Below are positions 13,409-19,835 of a DNA stretch of 19,835 nucleotides, piece by piece. The notes under the pieces were generated by a model. The model worked only from the letters and a program-made list of their open reading frames with translations. It ran no database searches and had not been told where the DNA came from. How positions within the stretch are numbered: position 1 is the stretch's first letter; each line of letters begins with the position of its first letter. This DNA is from Candidatus Sumerlaeia bacterium (lineage in GTDB: Bacteria > Sumerlaeota > Sumerlaeia > SLMS01 > JANRJK01): the NCBI GenBank assembly GCA_033764015.1, contig JANRJK010000016.1, positions 1 to 19,835 on the forward strand. The letters are read 5' to 3'. Position numbers and translations under genes: made by a program.

Positions 13409-16107
13409 GGTTCGCGGCGCGCCTCTTCCGCGAGCCGCTGCAATTCCATCAGCGCCTCCATCGGAGTGAGGCGGTTCGGGTCCAGCCGCTTCAGCGCCTC
13501 GAGCGCCGGGTGCGGGCCCTGCACCCCGAAGAGGGAAAGCTGGCCGAGGTCCCACTCCGTCGCCTGCGGCAGGATCGACGCGCGCCGCCTCGGCTTGGGC
13601 GCCGGCGCCTTCGGGTGCTCCGAAGCGACCCTCGGCGCGACGGAGCGCCCCTCCTCCAGCTCCGCGAGGATCTCGCGCGAGCGCGCCACCACCGCGTCCG
13701 GCACTCCCGCCAGCTCCGCCGCGTGTACACCGTAGGAGCGGTCCGTCGCGCCGGGCACGATACGGTACAGAAAGACGATGCGCCCGTCGCGATCCGCCAC
13801 GGCGACGTGGAAGTTGCGCAGCGCGGGCAGCGCGTTCGCCAGCTCCGTCAGCTCGTGGTAGTGCGTTGCGAAGAGCGTCAGCGGGCGCTGCCCTTCCGTG
13901 TTGTGGATGAACTCGCAGGCGGCCCACGCGATCGACAGGCCGTCGTAGGTCGAGGTGCCGCGGCCGATCTCGTCCAGGATCACGAGCGAGTCGTCCGTCG
14001 CGTTCTGGAGGATGTTCGCCAGCTCCGACATCTCGACCAGGAAGGTCGATTGGCCGCGCGCGAGCGAGTCCATCGCGCCGACGCGCGTGAACACACGGTC
14101 GCGCAGCGGCACCAGCGCCCTCTCCGCCGGGACGAAGCTCCCCATGTGCGCCATCAGCACCAGCAGCGCGGACTGGCGGATGAAGGTGGACTTGCCCGCC
14201 ATGTTCGGCCCTGTGATCAGGCCGATGCGCGCCTCCGGCGCGAGCGCCGCGTCGTTGGGCACGAACGGCGGCTCCTTCTGGATCGACTCCAGCACGGGGT
14301 GGCGTCCCGACTGGATCTCGAGGATGCCGTCCGCGTTGAGCCCCGGGCGCCGGTAGCCGCCGCGCACCGCCGCGGTGGCGAGCGACAGCAGGCAGTCCGC
14401 CTCCGCGACCGCCGCGGCGTTGGCCAGCAGCGCGGGCGCCTCCGCGGAGACCTTGCCGCACAGCTCCTGGAAGATCTCCAGCTCCAGCGCGCGCATCCGC
14501 TCCTCCGCGTGGAGGACCTCGTCCTCCTTCTCCTTCAGCGCGGCGGTGATGAAGCGCTCGCCGTTCGCGATGGTCTGCTTGCGGATGTACTCCGGCGGCG
14601 GCTGGCCGCCGGGGAGCTGGCGGAGCTGCGCCCGCGTCATCTCGATGTAGTACCCGAACACGCGGTTGTACTGCACCTTCACCGCGACGCCGATGCGCTG
14701 GGTCTCCTCCTCGCGGAACTGGTTGATCCAATCCTTCGCGCCGCGGGAGAGGCGCAGCAGCTTGTCGAGCGCCTCGGACGCGCCCTCGCGCACGAGTCCG
14801 CCGTCGCGCGCCACCGCCGGCGGCTCGTCGACGAGCGTGCGGGCCAGCGCCTCCGCAAGCCCTTCGAGGGGGTCGATGCGCGCGGCGATTCCCTCCAGCA
14901 GCGCGGCGTCGCCGCCTCCGCGCCCGCCGAGCAGCAACCGCAGCGCGGGCAGCCGCTGGAGCCCCGAGCGCAGCGCCGCCAGGTCGCGCGGTCCCGCCGT
15001 TCCCATGTTCACCCGCGCCACCGCGCGCTCCAGGTCGCGCACGCCCGCCAGCGCCGCCGCCAGCGATTCGCGCAGCGGACGCGAGGCCACCAGTTCGCCG
15101 ACCGCGTCGAGCCGCGCCTCGATCGCCTCCCGGTCGCGCAGCGGCTCGAGGATCCAGCTCCGCAGCAGCCGCGCGCCCATCGGCGTCTGCGTGTGGTCCA
15201 GCACCGAGAGCAGCGTGCCCGCGCGTCCGCCGTCGTGCAGGTTGCGCACCAGCTCGAGGGAGCGCTGCGTCGTCGCGTCCAGCAGCATCGTCTCGCGCCG
15301 GGTCCGCACGCGGAGCCGGTGCAGGTGGCGCAGCGACGTCTTCTGCGTTTCCTGCAGGTAGCGCAGCAGCGCGCCCGCGGCGGCGGTCCCCACCGGGAGC
15401 TCCGTGGCGCCGAAGCCGTCGAGCGAGTGGACGCGGAAGTGGTCCGTCAACACCCGCAGCGCCGTCTCGTGGCGGAAGTCCGACGGGTGTCGCCGAGTGA
15501 CCGCGACGGGCCGATCCGCGAGATAGCCCCGCAGCGGCGCGAGGTCGAGCTCCGAGGAGACGAGCAGTTCGCGCGGGTCGAGGCGGGCGAGCTCCGTCGC
15601 GAGCTCCGAGGAGACGCGGTCTCCCGTCGCCTCGGAGAGCGCGAAGAAGCCGGTGCCGAGGTCGGCGAGCGCGATCCCCCACACACCCGCGGGGGAGCGT
15701 TCGAGGCAGACGATGTGGTTCGGCGCGCGCTCGTCCACGATCGTCTCGTCGATGGCGGTGCCCGGCGTGACCACGCGCACCACGCCGCGCTGGACGAGTC
15801 CCTTCGCGGCCTTCGGGTCCTCGAGCTGCTCCGCGATGGCGACGCTGCGTCCGGAGCGGACCAGCTTCGCGAGGTAGGCGTCGATGGCGTGGTAGGGCAC
15901 GCCGGCCATGGCGACCTCGCCGTCGGCGCCGGCGCCCTTGCGCGTCACCGTGATGTTGAGCAGGCGCCCCGCCTCCTCCGCGTCCTCCGCGTAGGTCTCG
16001 TAGAAGTCGCCGCAGCGGAAGAGCATGAGCGCGCCGGGGTGCTCCTCCTTGAGGCGCATGTACTGCCGCATCATCGGCGTTGCGTAGGCGCGGGGCGCTG
16101 CGCTCAC
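13405..16107 (-). CDS. mutS: DNA mismatch repair protein MutS (MutS1), 900 aa
   Basis: TPMMRQY, GDFYE (mismatch-binding F-x-E), AGVPYHA, VVTPGT, GRHPV, Walker A GPNMAGKST, STFLVEM, DEIGRGTST, LFATHYHEL, SYG..AA.LAG, and a C-terminal QLSLF followed by LTP.EAL. Confidence 0.99.
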
Positions 16108-19100
16108 GGGGCGGCGGGCTTCCCGTAGACCTCGAACAGGCGCGGCGGCAGCAGAGTCGCGCGTTCGAAGCCGGCGTCTTCGAGGATGTCGACCATCTCG
16201 GGCCGCGGGCAGAAGGCTACGGGGAGCTTCGCGAGGTAGGACTCGGCCTTCGCCCGGTCGCCAAGGCGCGCCGCCGCCGCCGCCGCCATCATGAAGTCGT
16301 CGGAGTCCACCAGCTCCGGCTCCGCGCCCTCGACCAGCGCGAGCACTTCGGCATGCAGCGGGCTCGCGTACTCGGAGCGGCCCTCGCGGTGCGCGATCTC
16401 GGCCCGCAGCATCGTCTCCGCCAGCTTGTCCGCCAGGAAGTCCTGCGGCTCGAGTTCCTCCTTCGGCATGGCCTCGAAGATGGACGCCGCCGTGTCCGCA
16501 TGGCGCTGCGCCTCCTCGACCGCGCCGAGCCGGAGCCGCAGGTGCGCGAGATACCAGGCGTTGCTGATCCTCCGCGGCTGCGGGTTGTCGAACTGCGAAT
16601 CCTCCGCGGCCAGGGCGTCGCGGATCGCGGCGGCGGAAAGCGCGGCCTCCACCGCCTCCCCGGGCCGCCCGAGCAGGTGCAGGTAGGTCGCTCGCCAGAA
16701 CTCCGCCGTCGACAGGTACGAGCGCGACGCCAGGACGTCGTAGTTCGCGTCCGCCATGCGCCGGTACACATCCCCCTCTTCGATCGAGAGGCGCAGCGCC
16801 TCGACGAAGTCGCCCCTAAGCCTCGCCATCCGCGCCAGGTGCGCCAGCACCACGCTGTAGTCGTCCCAGTGCGACATGTTGTCCGGGGAGAAGTCCACGA
16901 GCTGGCGGGCGAGCTGGGCGCCGCGCGCGTAGACCCGCTGCGCCTCCGCCAGGTTCCCGCGCGCCACTTCGATGCCCGCGACCCGGTTGAAGGTGATCGC
17001 GTACTCGCGCAACCAATCGAGGTTTCCAGGCTCGAGCTGAACCAGCAGGCCCGAAACCCGGTGCGAGGCGCGGATCGCCTCCTCCATCTCGGCGTCCGCC
17101 TCCATGCGGTCGTGGATCGAGATCAGCCGATTGATGTTCAGGTTCAGCACCTGTAGCAGCAGCGTGTTCCGCGGGAAGCGCTCCAGCGCGCCCTCGAGGT
17201 CGCGGCGGTCCCGGGTCGCGCGGTCCCGCGCCTCCTCCTCGCGCCTCAACTGGAGCAGCGCGAAGACCGCCCCGTTGCGCAGGTTGTAGAGCCGGTGCAT
17301 CGCCTTGGGGTCCTGGGCGATCGCGGGCAGGAGCGGCTCCACCTTCGCCAAGTCGCGCTCCACCTGCGCGAGTCCCTCCGCGTAGCGGCGCCGCGCGAAG
17401 GCGATGTTCATGCGGGCCCCGGAGTAGGACGCGCTGTCGATGAACCCGAGCACCGGGTCCGCGTGGAGCGGGGCGGACCGCTCGAACGCCTCCTCGCCCT
17501 GTGCGATCAGCGCCTCCGCCCGGTCGGTCTCGCCCCGGCGGAAGTAGATGCCGACCATTCGCGACAGCACTTCCGCGAGGACCTTCGCGGTCTCCGGCGA
17601 ACGCTCCGGACCGCTGTCCAGCGCGAGCGCCTCGTTGTAGATCGGCGTCAGCGTGGCCTCCGCCTCGTCGAGCTTCCCCTTGGACAGGGCGATCTCGGCG
17701 ACCTTGTAGCGCGCCTCCAGCGAACGGATCCGCGAGGCCAGGTCCCCGGAGAGCCGCGTCTGCTCCTCGTAGTAGGCGGCCACCCGCGAGCCCGCGCTTT
17801 CGATCAGCTCGAGGCGGCCGAGCGAGGTCAGGCGGTCGCGCAGGTCGTCCAGCATGAATTCCGCAAGCCCCTCCGCGTCCGCCCGCGCGCGCACCGCGCG
17901 GTCGCGCTCCGCCTGCACCAGGTCGCGCTCGCGGGTGATGTCCGCGGCGAACTTGGCCCCCATCGCGACCATCGCGAAGGCGAGCACGCCGACCCCCGCG
18001 AAGGCCCAGCGGCGCGTCCGCGCGTTGTACTCGCGCCGGCGCCGTCCCCGCTCGACCGCCTCTAGCACCGCCGCCCGCGCGCCCGAACCTGCGTCGAGCG
18101 ACAGCGCCAGCGACTCCGCCAGCAGGAAGTCCTCCGCCTCCAGCGCCGCCTCCGCGTGCAGCGACAGCACGCGCACGCGCAGCTCCTGCGCCGCCGTGTA
18201 GCCCGGCCAGAGCTGCAGCGCCCGCGCCAGCTCCGAACGGAGCTGCGTCAGCCGGTTGTAGTCCACGCCGTCGCGCCCCGCGCGCAGCGCCTCCGCCACG
18301 TCGTCCGCCAGCGCCACCGCCTCGCGGCGCTTCCCCGCGCCCGAGATGTGGTCCTGCAGCGCCGCGAGGAAGTCGCGCGCCGACTGCATCCGCTGCTCGT
18401 GGGCGAAGCGCGTCGACGCCTCGCAAAGCTCCAGCAGGTCCTCCGGGTACTCGCGCTCCGGCGCCACGCGGTCCGGCGCCGGCGGCACTTCGCCCGCCGC
18501 CTTCAGGAACGCCGCCGCCGCCGTCGGCGCCGAATGCGGCGTCCGGCCGCAAAGCAGGTAGTACAGGATCGCGCCCAGCAGGTACACGTCCGTCCACGGG
18601 CCGATGTTCGCGGCGGTGGACTCCGTCTGCTCCGGCGCCATGAACGCCGGCGTGCCCGCCGGGCTCGACGCCGTCGCCAAGTCGATCCCCCGCGTCGAGA
18701 CGCCGGTCACCGCTTCGAAGTCGTGGAGCCGCGCCGGGTCGAACGCCACCGCGAGGCCCCAGTCCGTGAGCAGCACTTCGCCGAACTCGCCCAGCATCAC
18801 CTGCGACGGCTTCAGGTCGCGGTGCACGATCCCGCGCGAGTGCGCGAACGCCACCGCCTGCGCCACGTCCACCAGGATCGGCAGGTGCTTCGCCAGGAAA
18901 TCCGCCGACGTCATCTCCTCGAAATCCGTCCGCAGCACCTCGTCCCAGCGGAGGCCGCGCACCAGCTTCATCATCAGCAGCGGACGCCCCGCCTCGTCCT
19001 CCGTGAGGTCGTGGATGGGGACGATGTTCGGGTGTTCGAGCTGCGCCGCGGTGAGCGCTTCCGCGCGGAACAGCCTCGCGGGCGAAAGGCTGCCGCTCGC

Positions 19101-19433
19101 CGTCTCGGGGCGGCTTTCGTGCTCGCGCAGCTTCGACTCGAGGATGCGCTTCACCGCCACCGTGCGGCCGAGGCGCACCTGCACCGCCTCCCACACCTCG
19201 CCCATTCCGCCGCGCCCCACGCGATCCAGGAAGCGGAACTCCGCCCGGGCGTCCCGCGGCGGCCCCTCGTCTACGGGCGGCGGGGCGCCGGCCACCCGGC
19301 TCGTGCCCAAGTCGTCCGTCGCCTTCGTCTCCGGCGCATCGAGCGAATCGTGGAGCAGGGACCCGGGATTGAACGTGTGGGCCGGATCGGCCGGGAGGCC
19401 CTGCGGGGGGATGGTCTGGCTGCGGTCGGTCAA
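16104..19433 (-). CDS. Hanks-type Ser/Thr protein kinase with a hydrophobic segment and a C-terminal TPR-like helical region, ~1109 aa
   Basis: Probable TTG start at 19433 with GGAG 6 nt upstream. Motifs GRGGMGEVW, VAVKRI, HPNIVPIH, HRDLKPSQ, DWGLA, GTPAFMAPEQ and DVYLLG. TM-like WAFAGVGVLAFAMVAMGA (~17955-18010) is followed by helical repeats. The stop overlaps the mutS GTG. Confidence 0.93.
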   Translation of the reverse strand: MTDRSQTIPPQGLPADPAHTFNPGSLLHDSLDAPETKATDDLGTSRVAGAPPPVDEGPPRDARAEFRFLDRVGRGGMGEVWEAVQVRLGRTVAVKRILESKLREHESRPETASGSLSPARLFRAEALTAAQLEHPNIVPIHDLTEDEAGRPLLMMKLVRGLRWDEVLRTDFEEMTSADFLAKHLPILVDVAQAVAFAHSRGIVHRDLKPSQVMLGEFGEVLLTDWGLAVAFDPARLHDFEAVTGVSTRGIDLATASSPAGTPAFMAPEQTESTAANIGPWTDVYLLGAILYYLLCGRTPHSAPTAAAAFLKAAGEVPPAPDRVAPEREYPEDLLELCEASTRFAHEQRMQSARDFLAALQDHISGAGKRREAVALADDVAEALRAGRDGVDYNRLTQLRSELARALQLWPGYTAAQELRVRVLSLHAEAALEAEDFLLAESLALSLDAGSGARAAVLEAVERGRRRREYNARTRRWAFAGVGVLAFAMVAMGAKFAADITRERDLVQAERDRAVRARADAEGLAEFMLDDLRDRLTSLGRLELIESAGSRVAAYYEEQTRLSGDLASRIRSLEARYKVAEIALSKGKLDEAEATLTPIYNEALALDSGPERSPETAKVLAEVLSRMVGIYFRRGETDRAEALIAQGEEAFERSAPLHADPVLGFIDSASYSGARMNIAFARRRYAEGLAQVERDLAKVEPLLPAIAQDPKAMHRLYNLRNGAVFALLQLRREEEARDRATRDRRDLEGALERFPRNTLLLQVLNLNINRLISIHDRMEADAEMEEAIRASHRVSGLLVQLEPGNLDWLREYAITFNRVAGIEVARGNLAEAQRVYARGAQLARQLVDFSPDNMSHWDDYSVVLAHLARMARLRGDFVEALRLSIEEGDVYRRMADANYDVLASRSYLSTAEFWRATYLHLLGRPGEAVEAALSAAAIRDALAAEDSQFDNPQPRRISNAWYLAHLRLRLGAVEEAQRHADTAASIFEAMPKEELEPQDFLADKLAETMLRAEIAHREGRSEYASPLHAEVLALVEGAEPELVDSDDFMMAAAAAARLGDRAKAESYLAKLPVAFCPRPEMVDILEDAGFERATLLPPRLFEVYGKPAAP

Positions 19434-19835
19434 CGCGTGCTCCGCGCGGCGGTGTCTCGAAGGCGGCAAGCGTGGCCCGGCCACGGGCGCCCTGCCAAGC
19501 GCCAAGCGCGCGCGGCACCGCAGATCATTCCGAGAGATTTGGAGGCATCCCACACCTGTGGACGCGGCGCGGGGAGCCGGAGCGCGGGGGCGCGTCACCG
19601 GCCGCGATCCGACGCAAGCTCTCCGCCGCCGCCTCGCAGTTCGCCGACCACCTCCACGCTGGCGCTCCACTCTTTCGGGCACGTCGCGGCGTAGCCCCGA
19701 AGCGCACATCAGCCCCGCTTCGCGTCCTCGCGGCTTGTATGTTTCCCCCGGGGTTCTCGATGGGGATGTCCCCCGTCACCATCACAGGGGGGCGCGGGGG
19801 GACTTAACATCCGCGCCGATCTGTGGAGAACTCCC

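Noticed and set aside
19349..19716. tmRNA-like ends on the minus strand: GGGGCTGAT...TTCG at 19716-19698 and GTTCAATCCC...GCTCCACG about 350 nt downstream
   Set aside because: The 5' part lacks the conserved TTCGAC. The putative T-arm does not base-pair, there is no CCA end, and the 3' part lies inside the kinase coding sequence (HTFNPGSLLHD). Treated as coincidence; an ARAGORN or Rfam scan would settle it.
19472..19807. ORFs 19472..19807 (+) and 19525..19785 (-)
   Set aside because: No convincing SD, atypical codon usage and no recognisable motifs, so the region is treated as non-coding.

Overview
High-GC bacterial chromosomal window. Left edge: the 5' end of an IS5-family element (minus strand) that appears to have inserted 4 codons into a host gene with a perfect Shine-Dalgarno sequence. 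A lower-GC intergenic stretch follows. The plus strand then carries a membrane protein gene with an apparent +1 frameshift, a YqaE/Pmp3 proteolipid, and a PduP/EutE-type acylating aldehyde dehydrogenase with a bacterial microcompartment (BMC) encapsulation peptide but no shell genes nearby. Next come a secreted BNR/Asp-box beta-propeller ending in an unexplained short tail (ASVRDWKELE), an intrinsic terminator, and a membrane protein-DUF1800-DUF1501 operon. Converging on it from the minus strand is a five-gene operon in which every junction is a 4-nt stop/start overlap: Ser/Thr kinase-TPR (catalytic-loop N->Q), mutS, a degenerate NAGPA-like/discoidin secreted protein, ligA (C-terminal QGSLF clamp-type motif) and a P/Q/Y/G-rich membrane protein. 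The right edge is a ~400-bp non-coding, hairpin-rich region. The gene set is reminiscent of PVC-like or Sumerlaeota (BRC1) genomes, but that is an unverified impression. The best candidates for new biology are the VxDW-type C-terminal tail (possible lineage-specific sorting signal), the DUF1800/DUF1501 module with a relocated Tat signal, the orphan encapsulated aldehyde dehydrogenase, and the kinase-mutS-ligA operon. All family assignments are from motif recognition by eye; no searches were run.
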